A stretch of 64,000 nucleotides of DNA from Sulfitobacter sp. GTDB lineage: Bacteria; Pseudomonadota; Alphaproteobacteria; Rhodobacterales; Rhodobacteraceae. Position numbers and translations under genes: made by a program. The notes beneath the pieces were generated by a model that worked only from the letters and a program-made list of their open reading frames with translations, did no database searches and was not told the origin of the DNA. Location of the stretch: positions 44,768-108,767 of the forward strand of contig JAFMGZ010000002.1 of NCBI GenBank assembly GCA_017854855.1, written 5' to 3'. Shown here one piece after another: positions 1 through 9,334 of the stretch. How positions within the stretch are numbered: the first letter of the stretch is position 1; each line of letters opens with the position of its first letter.

Positions 1-1336
1 TCCGTCCGCGCGGATCAATCATCGCCGATATGCCGGTATTCGCCGTGCGTGCCAGCGGCAATCCTTGCTCGATCGCGCGCATCCGGGCCTGTGCCAGATG
101 CTGGCGCGGGCCAGCCCCCTTGCCAAACCAGGCGTCATTGGTGATCTGAATCAGAAAATCGGGACGTGCGGGGGCGGCGTTCACATCATGGGCAAAAACC
201 GCCTCGTAGCAGATCAGCGGCAGCGCTTTGCCAAGTGCGCCAAAATCCAGCAATGCGGCCCCCGGTCCCGCCGAATAGCCATTGCCCGCCTGCGCGGCCA
301 GACCATAGATGCCAAAATTGGCCAGAAGATCCCCCAGCGGCATATATTCACCAAAGGGGACAAGGTGGTGTTTGTCATAGGTTTGCCTGACACCACCATC
401 TGGCCCCAGCACCACCATGGAATTGTAAAACCGCAGATCATCGCGCCGCTGCACCCCCAACGCGACAGGCAGCCCCCCGCTGGCCTGGGCGATTTCGACC
501 AATGCAGGGGCGGCCAGATCAACGGGCCAAGGAATGGCTGTCTCCGACCACAGGATCAGATCGGGCACCTGCGCGCCCAAGGCAGGCGGTGCCGCCGTGA
601 ACCGCAATTGCCGGTCATAGAACACCGGTATCTTGGTGGGATCCCATTTGTCGCGCTGTGCCGCATTGGGCTGGATCAGCCGCAGATGATGCGGCGTCAG
701 TGGCGCAGGGTCCAGATTGACCGGCCAGACCAGAACCCCCATCGCCGCCAGAATTACCGCGTCACGCATCAGCCTGCGCAAGAGCGGCGGTGCGGGCGCA
801 AAGGCCGTAGCCGCCAAGGCAGCCACCGCAAAAAGGGCCGCGTTCAGCAGATAGGGTCCGCCCCACGCCAACGCCTGTCCCGCCATCACCCCCACCAGGG
901 CCTGCGCAGGCATCGCCCAGGGAAATCCCGTAAATATATAGGCCCGGATCAGCTCGGCCGCAGTCCATGTCAGGACCAATGGCCAAAGGCTGCTGCGTGA
1001 CAGATGCCGCGCGGCCCAAAAGGCCAGCCCCCAAAACAGCGCCAGCCCCGCCGCCAGAAAGACCAGCGCAAAAGGTGCCATCCACCCATGCCGCGCCACA
1101 TCCACCATGAAAGGCGAGACAATCCAGTGCAATGCATGCATGAAATAGCCAAGGCCAAAGGCCCAGCCGATGACCGCCGCCTGACGCGGCCTTTGGGATT
1201 TGCCAAACAGCCAGATCGCAATGATCAGACCGCCAAGCATCAGCAGCGGCAGATCACAGGGGGCTTGCCCAAAGGCGGCCAAAGCCCCGGCCAAAGCGCC
1301 AAGACCCACGGGCCTAAGCCCGCTTTGCAAATTCAT
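1..1336 (-). CDS. lnt: apolipoprotein N-acyltransferase (N-terminal ~445 codons; C-terminus runs off the left window edge)
   Basis: Absent from the ORF track because no stop lies inside the window. My reverse-strand translation from the ATG at 1336 reads MNLQSGLRPVGLGALAGALAAFGQAP..., with several hydrophobic helices. It continues ...LRFYNSMVVLGPDGGVRQTYDKHHLVPFGEYMP...PLICYEAVFAH...ITNDAWFGKGAGPRQH, the CN-hydrolase core typical of Lnt. ATGA start/stop overlap with corC. Conserved phoH-ybeY-corC-lnt order. The + strand ORF 65..1000 is its shadow. Confidence 0.85.
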   Translation of the reverse strand, partial: MNLQSGLRPVGLGALAGALAAFGQAPCDLPLLMLGGLIIAIWLFGKSQRPRQAAVIGWAFGLGYFMHALHWIVSPFMVDVARHGWMAPFALVFLAAGLALFWGLAFWAARHLSRSSLWPLVLTWTAAELIRAYIFTGFPWAMPAQALVGVMAGQALAWGGPYLLNAALFAVAALAATAFAPAPPLLRRLMRDAVILAAMGVLVWPVNLDPAPLTPHHLRLIQPNAAQRDKWDPTKIPVFYDRQLRFTAAPPALGAQVPDLILWSETAIPWPVDLAAPALVEIAQASGGLPVALGVQRRDDLRFYNSMVVLGPDGGVRQTYDKHHLVPFGEYMPLGDLLANFGIYGLAAQAGNGYSAGPGAALLDFGALGKALPLICYEAVFAHDVNAAPARPDFLIQITNDAWFGKGAGPRQHLAQARMRAIEQGLPLARTANTGISAMIDPRGR

Positions 1337-2232
1337 CCATTGGCTCCGGTGGTGCGCACACGCAACCGTTTGATCCGGCGCGGATCGGCATCAATCACTT
1401 CGAATTCAGGGCCATCAGGGTGCAAAACGACCTCTCCGCGCGCAGGCACACGGCCCGACAGCATGAAGACCAGACCGCCAAGCGTATCGATCTCCTCTTC
1501 GTCGACGTCGTCGTGGTCGGTCAGAGAATGCCCGATCTCGGCCTCGAAATCCGCCAGCGGCGTCTTGGCCAGCGCGAGGTAAGTGCCGGGTTTTTCCACC
1601 GTCCAGTAATTGCCTTCATCGACGTCATGTTCGTCTTCGATCTCACCGATGACCTGTTCGATCAGATCCTCGATGGTGACCAACCCGTCCACACCGCCGT
1701 ATTCGTCAATGACCAGCGCCATGTGCCGCCGCTCTGCCTGCATCTTGGTCAGGAGAACACCGATGCTCATGCTGGGGGGCACAAACAGCAAAGGCCGCAG
1801 CAAGGCCTTCAGGTCAAAGACCGCCTGCCCGCCGTTGAACCCGTATTGCAAGGCCAGGTCCTTGAGGTGGGCCATGCCCACCGGCGTGTCCAAAGTGCCG
1901 TCATAGACCGGCAAACGGGTCAACCCGCTTTCCTTGAAGACCGCCACCAGTTCGTCCAGACTTGATGTGATCGACACGGCGACGATTTCCGCCTTGGGGA
2001 TCGCCACATCATCGACCCGCATCGAGCGCAGGTTCATCATGCCCCGCGCCGTCACCCGGTCCACGGCGGGAGGTGTCAACTCGTCTTGAGGTTCGGTATC
2101 CGAGGGGCTCAGGGCCCCTATTACGCGAGAAAAGAAACCACCCGACTTAGTGGTGGTCTCCTCTTGCGGCTCAATTTCTTCATCTATAAGCGCGCGTTGC
2201 GCCGCGTCAGATGATCCGTCTGTGTCGCCCAT
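1333..2232 (-). CDS. corC: CBS-domain / CorC_HlyC transporter-associated protein (hemolysin C-like, Mg/Co efflux-associated)
   Basis: ORF 1333..2307. It has a CBS pair region and a C-terminal CorC/HlyC-like domain (…GGLVFMLSGRVPARGEVV…FEVIDADPRRIKRLRV). I prefer the ATG at 2232 (MGDTDGSS…) because the 2307 start would overlap ybeY by 41 nt. Lies in the ybeY-corC-lnt synteny. Confidence 0.85.
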   Translation of the reverse strand: MGDTDGSSDAAQRALIDEEIEPQEETTTKSGGFFSRVIGALSPSDTEPQDELTPPAVDRVTARGMMNLRSMRVDDVAIPKAEIVAVSITSSLDELVAVFKESGLTRLPVYDGTLDTPVGMAHLKDLALQYGFNGGQAVFDLKALLRPLLFVPPSMSIGVLLTKMQAERRHMALVIDEYGGVDGLVTIEDLIEQVIGEIEDEHDVDEGNYWTVEKPGTYLALAKTPLADFEAEIGHSLTDHDDVDEEEIDTLGGLVFMLSGRVPARGEVVLHPDGPEFEVIDADPRRIKRLRVRTTGANG

Positions 2233-2266
2233 TAGGTCCTGTCTTGTGAATGAACGGCGATCCCGC

Positions 2267-2773
2267 CTATGTTTCCCTATATGGGTCATCCAGACCCAGT
2301 TTGCCAAGTATTTTGACCTCCAATCCTTCCATCAAAGCGGCATCTGGCTCATTTTCATGGTCATATCCCAACAGATGCAGCGTTCCATGGACGATCAGAT
2401 GGGTCACATGGTCTGAAATCGGCTTTTGTGCAAGAGCGGCCTCAGCTGCGCAAGTGTCATAGCTGATCGCGATGTCACCCAGTTCCAGCACACCGTCAGG
2501 CCCGGATATGGGTGCCACGGGCGGCCCTCCGGGGGATGCGGCCCCCCGTTCCTCGCTGGGCCAGCTGAGCACATTTGTCGCGGCAGGCTTGTCCCGGAAC
2601 TCAGCATTCAGCACCGAGATCCTTGCATCGTCGCAGCCCAGAAGGCTGATCTCAGCAATTTCCGCCTCCAGGCCCAGAGCCTCAAGGGTGGTCATGACAG
2701 CCCGCAGGGTCAGCGCCTCGAAATCGAGGGCATCCCAGCGGGGGTCTTCAACAGTGATGTCCAAATATTGCAT
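2267..2773 (-). CDS. ybeY: rRNA maturation endoribonuclease YbeY
   Basis: Metal-binding motif HGTLHLLGYDH is present. Size ~168 aa from the ATG at 2773 (MQYLDITVEDPRW). Positioned between phoH and corC. Confidence 0.9.
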   Translation of the reverse strand: MQYLDITVEDPRWDALDFEALTLRAVMTTLEALGLEAEIAEISLLGCDDARISVLNAEFRDKPAATNVLSWPSEERGAASPGGPPVAPISGPDGVLELGDIAISYDTCAAEAALAQKPISDHVTHLIVHGTLHLLGYDHENEPDAALMEGLEVKILGKLGLDDPYRET

Positions 2774-2808
2774 GGTCGCTACTTCGGGGGCTCTGCCCCC
2801 GGACCCCC

Positions 2809-2832
2809 GAGGCATTCAAAGCCAAAAAGAGA
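2809..2832 (+). repeat. intergenic repeat family copy e (diverged): GAGGCATTCAAAGCCAAAAAGAGA
   Basis: Lies between the phoH stop and the ybeY start. Contains the family core GCCAAAAAGAG (reverse complement CTCTTTTTGGC). Preceded by the GC hairpin GGGGGC-TCT-GCCCCC (2786-2800). Confidence 0.7.
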
Positions 2833-2837
2833 ATGGA

Positions 2838-3884
2838 TCAGCTTTGGCCGCTGTCTGCTTCGTAAGCTTCGATGATCGCGGCCACCAGGGGGTGGCGGAC
2901 CACATCCTTGGAGGTGAAATAGTTGAAGCTGATCCTGGGGATGGTTTTGAGCAGGCGTTCGGCGTCGGCCAGGCCCGATGCGACCCCGCGCGGCAGGTCG
3001 ATCTGGGTGCGGTCGCCCGTGATGACCATACGCGAGCCTTCGCCCAGACGGGTCAGGAACATTTTCATCTGCATCGAGGTGGCGTTTTGCGCCTCGTCCA
3101 GCACCACGAAGGCATTTGCCAATGTGCGCCCGCGCATGAAGGCCAAGGGTGCGATTTCGATCCGTTTTTCCTCGATCAGCTTGGCCAGTTGTTTGCCGGG
3201 CAGAAAATCATTCAGCGCGTCATAGAGCGGCTGCATATAGGGATCGACCTTGTCTTTCATGTCGCCGGGCAGATAGCCGAGTTTCTCACCTGCCTCTACG
3301 GCCGGGCGGCTGAGGATGATCCGGTCCACATGACCGCCGATGAACATGCTGACGCCCACGGCGACGGCCAGATATGTCTTGCCTGTTCCCGCAGGCCCGA
3401 TCCCGAAGGCCAGTTCGTTGTCAAAGAGTGCTTTGACATAGGCTTTTTGCGCCTCTGTTCGCGGCTCTACGCGTTTTTTTCGGGTCTGGATTTCGATGGT
3501 TTCACCAATCGGCATTTCCATCTGGTCGCCCGAGCGCACCCCGGTACCTGCCTCTGATCCGCCCATGCGCAACAGGCTGTCCACTTCGGCCAGCGTCACC
3601 GCGCGCCCGCCTTCGAGGCGTCCATAAAGCGTGTCGAGCACTTGTGCCGCCTGAAGACTGGCATCCGGGTCGCCCAGAATGCTGATGTGGTTGCCGCGGC
3701 GCACGATCTGCACCTCAAGCGATTTTTCGATCGCCGCGAGATGGGCATCATAGGCACCGCACAGATCAACCAGCAGGCGATTGTCGGGAAATTCAAGCAC
3801 AACGGGGTCAGCCACCGGTGGCACGGCTGTCATCAGATCGCTTGGGGGCAAGGGAGGCTCCTTGGGTTTGAAATTATATGACAA
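2838..3884 (-). CDS. phoH: PhoH-like ATPase (YbeZ)
   Basis: Walker A motif GPAGTGKTYLAVA, and FVVLDEAQN…TGD typical of PhoH family. The 3884 start is TTG; an in-frame ATG at 3833 is an alternative. Confidence 0.9.
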   Translation of the reverse strand: MSYNFKPKEPPLPPSDLMTAVPPVADPVVLEFPDNRLLVDLCGAYDAHLAAIEKSLEVQIVRRGNHISILGDPDASLQAAQVLDTLYGRLEGGRAVTLAEVDSLLRMGGSEAGTGVRSGDQMEMPIGETIEIQTRKKRVEPRTEAQKAYVKALFDNELAFGIGPAGTGKTYLAVAVGVSMFIGGHVDRIILSRPAVEAGEKLGYLPGDMKDKVDPYMQPLYDALNDFLPGKQLAKLIEEKRIEIAPLAFMRGRTLANAFVVLDEAQNATSMQMKMFLTRLGEGSRMVITGDRTQIDLPRGVASGLADAERLLKTIPRISFNYFTSKDVVRHPLVAAIIEAYEADSGQS

Positions 3885-3925
3885 AGATAGGAGGGTGTGT
3901 CGGCTTTCACACCCCTAGAATGCAG

Positions 3926-3958
3926 AACGGGCCGAAGTGTCAAACACCTCGGCCCGTT
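3926..3958 (-). terminator. strong hairpin downstream of the lipoprotein gene (candidate terminator/insulator before phoH)
   Basis: AACGGGCCGAAGTG-tcaaa-CACCTCGGCCCGTT, 13 of 14 bp paired. A weak U-tract makes intrinsic termination uncertain. A second hairpin GGGTGTG…CACACCC lies at 3893-3914. Confidence 0.5.
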
Positions 3959-3981
3959 TATGCCAAAATAATCAGCCAAAA

Positions 3982-4296
3982 TCAGTTTGGATCCGGGATG
4001 GAGGAGCCGCCTTTGAAATCGCCGACGGTATGGGTGGGCGGTGCCACGCCGGAACACACCGGCTTGCCGAACTTATCAAGCCGGGCTGACAGGTAGCCTT
4101 CGACGCCATCGTCGATGATCCAGTGGTCACAGCCGTTTGGATCCACCCAGATGCCCGCCTGAAGCTGGCTGAGGTGTTTCTTGTCAATGCCGCGGTCCAC
4201 CGTCTTGTCCGAAGGATAACCGCCGCCCTCGTAGTCGGCACAGGCGGACAGGCCAAAGGCGCAGGCCGTCACGAGAAGGATTTTAGTTTTGATCAC
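3982..4296 (-). CDS. small lipoprotein, function unknown; carries a conserved two-Cys module
   Basis: GTG start with an AAGGGG RBS 7 nt upstream. Signal peptide plus lipobox (LVTACAFGLSAC). Shares the module IWVDPxGCxHWxxDDGxEGY…GxPVC with the upstream OmpA-like gene. 11-bp spacing from that gene suggests an operon. Confidence 0.6.
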   Translation of the reverse strand: MIKTKILLVTACAFGLSACADYEGGGYPSDKTVDRGIDKKHLSQLQAGIWVDPNGCDHWIIDDGVEGYLSARLDKFGKPVCSGVAPPTHTVGDFKGGSSIPDPN

Positions 4297-4307
4297 GAGA
4301 CGTCCCC

Positions 4308-4883
4308 TTAGCGAATGCAGATGATTTCGACGCGGCGGTTCTTGGCCATGCCGGCAGCGGTGTTATTGGCAGCCGCAGGCATCCGTTCGCCGTAGCCGCG
4401 AACATCCGCAACCCTTGCGCCATTGGACGCAGCAATCGCGGCGACCGCATTGGCGCGGTTGTAGCTCAGGCGCATGTTGTATTCATCGGAGGCGCGGCTG
4501 TCGGTGTGGCCCGTGATGATGTAGGATACGGCACCTGTCGTGCGGAAAAACTCGGCCAGACGGGCCTTGCCTGCGCGGTGGATGCGGTAGCTGTCAGTGG
4601 CAAAGAACTGGTCAGAGTTCATCACGCCGCAGACATTGCCGCGGCGGCAGACCGGGATGCCCTGACGCGTGGTATGCGGTGTCATATAGCCTTCGGCACC
4701 GTCATCCATGACCCAATGCTCGCAGCCATCGGGGTCGACCCAGATGGTTGGCGTGTAAACGCCTTTGTCACGGCCCTGCTGAGACCGCGTTTGCGCATCT
4801 GCAAAAGATGCCGGCAGCGCAAGCGCCGCGACCAGTGACAGGCTTGCCACCGCGCGGATCGCTTTGGAGATTTTGTTCACCAC
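4308..4883 (-). CDS. OmpA-family (OmpA_C-like peptidoglycan-binding) protein with an N-terminal two-Cys module
   Basis: Signal peptide (…LALPASFADAQ). C-terminal TGHTDSRASDEYNMRLSYNRANAV…NRRVEI is a classic OmpA-like domain. GTG start with an AAGGAAA RBS. Confidence 0.8.
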   Translation of the reverse strand: MVNKISKAIRAVASLSLVAALALPASFADAQTRSQQGRDKGVYTPTIWVDPDGCEHWVMDDGAEGYMTPHTTRQGIPVCRRGNVCGVMNSDQFFATDSYRIHRAGKARLAEFFRTTGAVSYIITGHTDSRASDEYNMRLSYNRANAVAAIAASNGARVADVRGYGERMPAAANNTAAGMAKNRRVEIICIR

Positions 4884-5117
4884 AGCATTTTCCTTTTCTC
4901 ATTCCCCCAAACAAGGCCGCCCCGAACCTGTTCGCGGAGCACCTTCTTGATGATGTACGTTAGGTAAAATTTTTAGAACTGTGAAGCACTGTTATCTACA
5001 TTTAGTGTTTAATTTGGCCTTGAGCACATGGAAATGTGGCGGAAATGCGGCAAAAATACGGCACAGACGTCGTAATGCCGCCTTGGCAGGCAGGACATCC
5101 AGCAGTTGAATGCCCGA

Positions 5118-6437
5118 CTAGCGGTGACGTGCTGTCAGCGAGTTGGTCAGGGCCTCGACGATTCTCACCTGAACGATATCGCCCACCTCGGCCTGCGCCT
5201 GATCAATATGGACCGCATGCAGGTATTCCGACTTGCCCAGCATCTGGCCCGGCTCGCGGCCCTTGCGTTCAACCAGAACCGATACGTCGCGCCCCACCAT
5301 GGATCCCTGGATCTCGCGCTGGTGCGTCGTGATCAATGCTTGCAGGCGCTGCAGACGGTCATCGGCCACCGCAGGATCGACCAGCGCGCGTTCGGCGGCG
5401 GGTGTGCCGGGACGGGTCGAATATTTGAATGAATAGGCATAGCCGTATTTGACCTCGCGGACCAAATCCATCGTCGCGTCAAAATCGGCATCGCTTTCTT
5501 CTGGGAAGCCTACGATGAAATCGCCCGACAGCACGATATCGGGGCGCGCCGCGCGAATGCGCTCGATCACGCGCAGATAGCTTTCGGCGGTGTGATTGCG
5601 GTTCATCCGCTTGAGGATATGGTCAGACCCCGATTGCACCGGCAGATGCAGATAGGGCATCAGTTCGGGCACCTCGGCATGGGCGGCAATCAGCGCATCA
5701 TCCATGTCGTTGGGATGGCTGGTGGTATAGCGGATCCGCTCAAGCCCGTCGACCTTGGCCAATTCCCGGATCAGCCCGGCAAGGGTCATATCCCCCTTGG
5801 GGCCCGCCCCGTGATAGGCGTTCACATTCTGGCCCAGCAGCGTCACCTCGCGCACGCCGCGTTCCACCAGATCGCGCGCCTCTTCCAGCACGCGTGCCGC
5901 CGGGCGGCTGACTTCGGCACCGCGGGTATAGGGGACAACGCAAAAGGCGCAGAATTTATCACAGCCTTCTTGAACGGTCAGGAAAGCCGCGGGGGCGCGA
6001 CGCGCCTTGGGCCGCGCCTTGAGGTGCTCGAACTTGTCTTCTTGCGGGAAATCAGTGTCCAACGCGGTCTCGCCGCGCCGGATCTTGGCTTCCATTTCAG
6101 GCAGGCGATGATAGCTTTGCGGGCCGACAACCAGATCGACCGCGGGCTGGCGGCGCATGATCTCTTCGCCCTCGGCCTGCGCCACACAACCTGCAACAGC
6201 GATTTTCAGATCGGGATTGAGGGCCTTGAGCGGTTTCAGGCGGCCCAGTTCGGAATAGACCTTTTCGGCGGCCTTTTCACGGATATGACAGGTGTTCAGC
6301 AAGATCATGTCCGCGTCACCCGCGTCTTGCGTTTCCACATAGCCCTGCCCGCCCAGCGCCTCGGCCATGCGTTCGCTGTCATAGACGTTCATCTGACAGC
6401 CATAGGTCTTGATAAAGAGCTTCTTGGGCGCAGTCAT
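5118..6437 (-). CDS. miaB: tRNA-2-methylthio-N6-dimethylallyladenosine synthase (radical SAM methylthiotransferase)
   Basis: N-terminal [15 protein letters not shown]. Radical-SAM [16 protein letters not shown]-terminal TRAM-like segment. 439 aa. Confidence 0.95.
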   Translation of the reverse strand: MTAPKKLFIKTYGCQMNVYDSERMAEALGGQGYVETQDAGDADMILLNTCHIREKAAEKVYSELGRLKPLKALNPDLKIAVAGCVAQAEGEEIMRRQPAVDLVVGPQSYHRLPEMEAKIRRGETALDTDFPQEDKFEHLKARPKARRAPAAFLTVQEGCDKFCAFCVVPYTRGAEVSRPAARVLEEARDLVERGVREVTLLGQNVNAYHGAGPKGDMTLAGLIRELAKVDGLERIRYTTSHPNDMDDALIAAHAEVPELMPYLHLPVQSGSDHILKRMNRNHTAESYLRVIERIRAARPDIVLSGDFIVGFPEESDADFDATMDLVREVKYGYAYSFKYSTRPGTPAAERALVDPAVADDRLQRLQALITTHQREIQGSMVGRDVSVLVERKGREPGQMLGKSEYLHAVHIDQAQAEVGDIVQVRIVEALTNSLTARHR

Positions 6438-6551
6438 GGCACTATTCCGGGTCTACTGGGGTCTGATTGGCGTCTAGCAGGGTGCCCCAACGCTTGCAAT
6501 GCACAGCGATTTAACCGATTCTACGCCTAATAAAAACCCAAGCGAGGGCGC

Positions 6552-7421
6552 ATGCAGTATTCCAACCTGAAAACGATGATCGCGGCAGAACAAGCTGCCC
6601 TGGCAAAAGGGCCGATCGCCGTCGTGATGGTTGAGGATGACATAGAGGTCGACACCACCCTGCGCCATCACCAGCAGATGGGGTTTCCCGTCGTGATCGC
6701 GCTGATGCCTGCGGTATTCGAACTGCCACGCGATCTGGCCGACAGCGTGATCCGGGTGGATTATGACATGTCCCCCGAAACCGCGATGGAGACGGCAATC
6801 AATACGCTGATTGATCCGCTGGCGGGGCGTTGGGTCTATTATTGCTACAATGCGGAGTTTTTCTTTTTCCCGTTCAGCGAAACCCGAAATGTGATCGAGA
6901 TGCTGGCCTTTCACACCGAGGAACGGCGGGATTCGATGCTGGCCTATGTCATCGACCTTTATGCCGATGATCTGGCGAAACACCCAACGGCGGTATCGTT
7001 GGACCATGCCTATATGGACCGGTCAGGTTATTACGCCCTGGCGCGGCAAGATGCCCAGAACAACTATCACCCCAAGGAACGCCAGCTCGACTTTTATGGC
7101 GGGCTGCGATGGCGCTACGAAGAACATGTGCCCTTCAAACGTCGCAAGATTGATCGCATCCCATTGTTTCGTGCCAAGAAGGGGCTGCGCATCCGGTGGG
7201 ATCACACCTTTAACGACGAAGAATACAATACCTACGCCTGTCCCTGGCACCACAATATCACGGCGGCGGTCTGTTCGTTTCGCACGGCAAAGGCGCTCAG
7301 GATCAATCCAGGCAGCAGGTCAGAAATCAAAAGCTTCACTTGGCATAATTCAATGCCCTTCGAATGGCATTCCCGCCAGTTGCTGGACCTGGGCCTGATG
7401 GAACCGGGGCAGTGGTTCTAG
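6552..7421 (+). CDS. conserved hypothetical protein (289 aa), no family recognised
   Basis: Long ORF with normal composition and a GAGGG RBS-like purine run upstream. No motif I can name. Confidence 0.6.
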   Translation: MQYSNLKTMIAAEQAALAKGPIAVVMVEDDIEVDTTLRHHQQMGFPVVIALMPAVFELPRDLADSVIRVDYDMSPETAMETAINTLIDPLAGRWVYYCYNAEFFFFPFSETRNVIEMLAFHTEERRDSMLAYVIDLYADDLAKHPTAVSLDHAYMDRSGYYALARQDAQNNYHPKERQLDFYGGLRWRYEEHVPFKRRKIDRIPLFRAKKGLRIRWDHTFNDEEYNTYACPWHHNITAAVCSFRTAKALRINPGSRSEIKSFTWHNSMPFEWHSRQLLDLGLMEPGQWF

Positions 7422-7434
7422 GGCCGCCAGACTA

Positions 7435-8424
7435 CTATGTCTCCGCATCAAGTTTTGTTTTCAGCTCTTTTTCGGTATCTTCGACCATCTTTTCGCACTT
7501 TTTGTAAACTTTTGGGATCAACTGGACCAACGCCTTTATGGTCCGCGATTCCTTGTGCGCCTCGATCTCTTTTTTCATTTTTGACTGCGCGGTCTTGCAA
7601 TCTTTCACAAGCCCTTCAATCGCTTTGAGCTCTGCTTCCATTTTAGCAAAGCTCGCTTCAGCCACATCCTTTTTATCAATCTCCAGTGCCTTGGTGACCC
7701 CTTTGCTCAACTTTTCGATTGCCTTCGGCTTATCTTTCAACAGCTTGTTTGTCTTCTTGCGTTGGTCATCCGTCAAAGACTCAGGCAAATCCCTGGGCGT
7801 GATCGCTTCCACAGCTTGACGCACGATGGCTTCGATTGTGCGCTGATAGTTCAGGCCGTACATCACCACATGAGAAGGAAGTTTGCCGTAAATTTCGACA
7901 CATGTATTCAATTGAACAAAATGCTTCTTGGCTAATTCAATCGCTTCGTCCAGCATTGCACCACTTGCTGCACTGGACATGCCACCAGCAACCTTACCGG
8001 CCAGCTTCCCTGCCTTACCTCCCAATTTATCCGCTTCTTTTTTGGCCCCTTTTGCGACCTCTTTAGTCGCTTTTTTTGCCTCTTTGATGGTTTTATCCAT
8101 CCCATCACTCAAAAGCTTTGCGTCTTTGTGAAATTGGCCAAATTCATCAAGTTTTGCGTGATAGGCCTTCAGCGCGATCTCCCATGTTTTCAGGGGTTTG
8201 ATCACGTTTGGATCCTTGAGCAATACTGCGGATTTCTTGCTGGTCACCCCCGAAAGCCGCGCTTTCTGGATCGCTTCTTTTAGCGCATCCTCCGCGTCCC
8301 AGGTGGTCTGCAATTTGGCCTCCAACTCTACTTTCAGTCGACGGGCTTTTTCTGGCTTGACCTCTTTCATCCGCTTCGCGGTGTCGGTAACTTGTTTCTT
8401 CAAATCCAGGACTAATTTAGACAT
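7435..8424 (-). CDS. low-GC orphan: Lys/Glu/Ala-rich, predicted all-helical/coiled-coil protein with a central glycine-zipper segment (329 aa)
   Basis: A 990-nt open frame in DNA that is only ~41-49% GC (two hand-counted 100-nt samples) versus ~59% in a flanking sample. An open frame this long is unlikely by chance in AT-rich DNA. ATG at 8424 (MSKLVLDLKK) has GGAG 8 nt upstream; the track start at 8466 is a GTG extension. No signal peptide and no recognisable domain. Confidence 0.65.
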   Translation of the reverse strand: MSKLVLDLKKQVTDTAKRMKEVKPEKARRLKVELEAKLQTTWDAEDALKEAIQKARLSGVTSKKSAVLLKDPNVIKPLKTWEIALKAYHAKLDEFGQFHKDAKLLSDGMDKTIKEAKKATKEVAKGAKKEADKLGGKAGKLAGKVAGGMSSAASGAMLDEAIELAKKHFVQLNTCVEIYGKLPSHVVMYGLNYQRTIEAIVRQAVEAITPRDLPESLTDDQRKKTNKLLKDKPKAIEKLSKGVTKALEIDKKDVAEASFAKMEAELKAIEGLVKDCKTAQSKMKKEIEAHKESRTIKALVQLIPKVYKKCEKMVEDTEKELKTKLDAET

Positions 8425-8527
8425 AATAATACTCCAATGGGAGGGGTCGAAATAAGACCCACGCACTAAATCTAAATGTAAGAACGGCCTCGCAGCAAGA
8501 TAAATCAGCCGCCAACAGGCGCTGTAA

Positions 8528-9319
8528 TCAACGCCAGATCACCGGAAACCAATCTTCGCGCAATTTTTGCCCGGCAACCATGTCATGCCCCGGAAACGGC
8601 GGCGAGGTCGGGCCGGGACGTTCGACATAACGTGCATCATCGCCGACCAGACGCAGCGAAAAGGCGCGCCGCCGGGCATTGGATTGATTGCCGCGCGCGC
8701 CGTGCAGGATGCCATAGTTGAATGCCACCGCATCCCCCGGTTCCATCTGCCATTCGCGTATGTCCATGCCTTCGGCGTCAGGATCGGGCACCGGCATGTA
8801 GGGGGCGGGATCAAAAAAGGCATCACCCTTGACCCAACGCGTCGGCAGCACCGGCTTTTCCCATAGATGCGATCCCGCGACACAGCGCAAAGTGGCATCC
8901 GTCACCCGGTCCAGCGGCGACCAGAAGCTGACGGTCTGCTGCCCTTCGACGAAATAATAAGGACCATCCTGATGCCAGGGCGTCGCCATAGAGGTGCCCG
9001 GCTCCTTGACCAGCACATGATCATGGAACAACTGCGCCGTCTTGCTTTGCATCAGGGCTGCACCGACCTGCGCCGCAGCGGATGCCTTTATGACCGCTTC
9101 AAATTCGGGAATGCGCTGCCAGTTGCAGTAATCGTCGAAAAACCGCCCAGTCTCTCCGGGTTTGTCATTGTTGGAGGCATAGGGGCCGGGCTCTGCCATG
9201 TTGCGGGCGACGCCGGCACGCAGTGTATCCACATGATCGGCAAACAGGCCTTTGACCAGCACCACGCCGTCGCGCTGATAGGCTTCCACATGGTCTTGGG
9301 TAATCAGGGGGTTCAGCAT
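8528..9319 (-). CDS. phytanoyl-CoA dioxygenase (PhyH) family Fe(II)/2-oxoglutarate dioxygenase
   Basis: N-terminal …HVEAYQRDGVVLVKGLF…. The WHQDGPYY and …HGARGN… regions are typical of the PhyH family. 263 aa. Confidence 0.8.
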   Translation of the reverse strand: MLNPLITQDHVEAYQRDGVVLVKGLFADHVDTLRAGVARNMAEPGPYASNNDKPGETGRFFDDYCNWQRIPEFEAVIKASAAAQVGAALMQSKTAQLFHDHVLVKEPGTSMATPWHQDGPYYFVEGQQTVSFWSPLDRVTDATLRCVAGSHLWEKPVLPTRWVKGDAFFDPAPYMPVPDPDAEGMDIREWQMEPGDAVAFNYGILHGARGNQSNARRRAFSLRLVGDDARYVERPGPTSPPFPGHDMVAGQKLREDWFPVIWR

Positions 9320-9334
9320 GGGCCCGGCACGGGC

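Noticed and set aside
65-1000. 311-aa + strand ORF at the left edge
   Set aside because: The Arg/Pro/Gln/Gly-rich nonsense composition is typical of a high-GC shadow frame. The opposite strand encodes a clear Lnt (…ITNDAWFG…) across the whole region.
7422-8527. Low-GC gene as part of a recognisable mobile element or prophage remnant
   Set aside because: I saw no integrase or transposase, no tRNA or att-like direct repeats, and no terminal inverted repeats at the composition boundaries. Only the composition shift itself supports horizontal origin.
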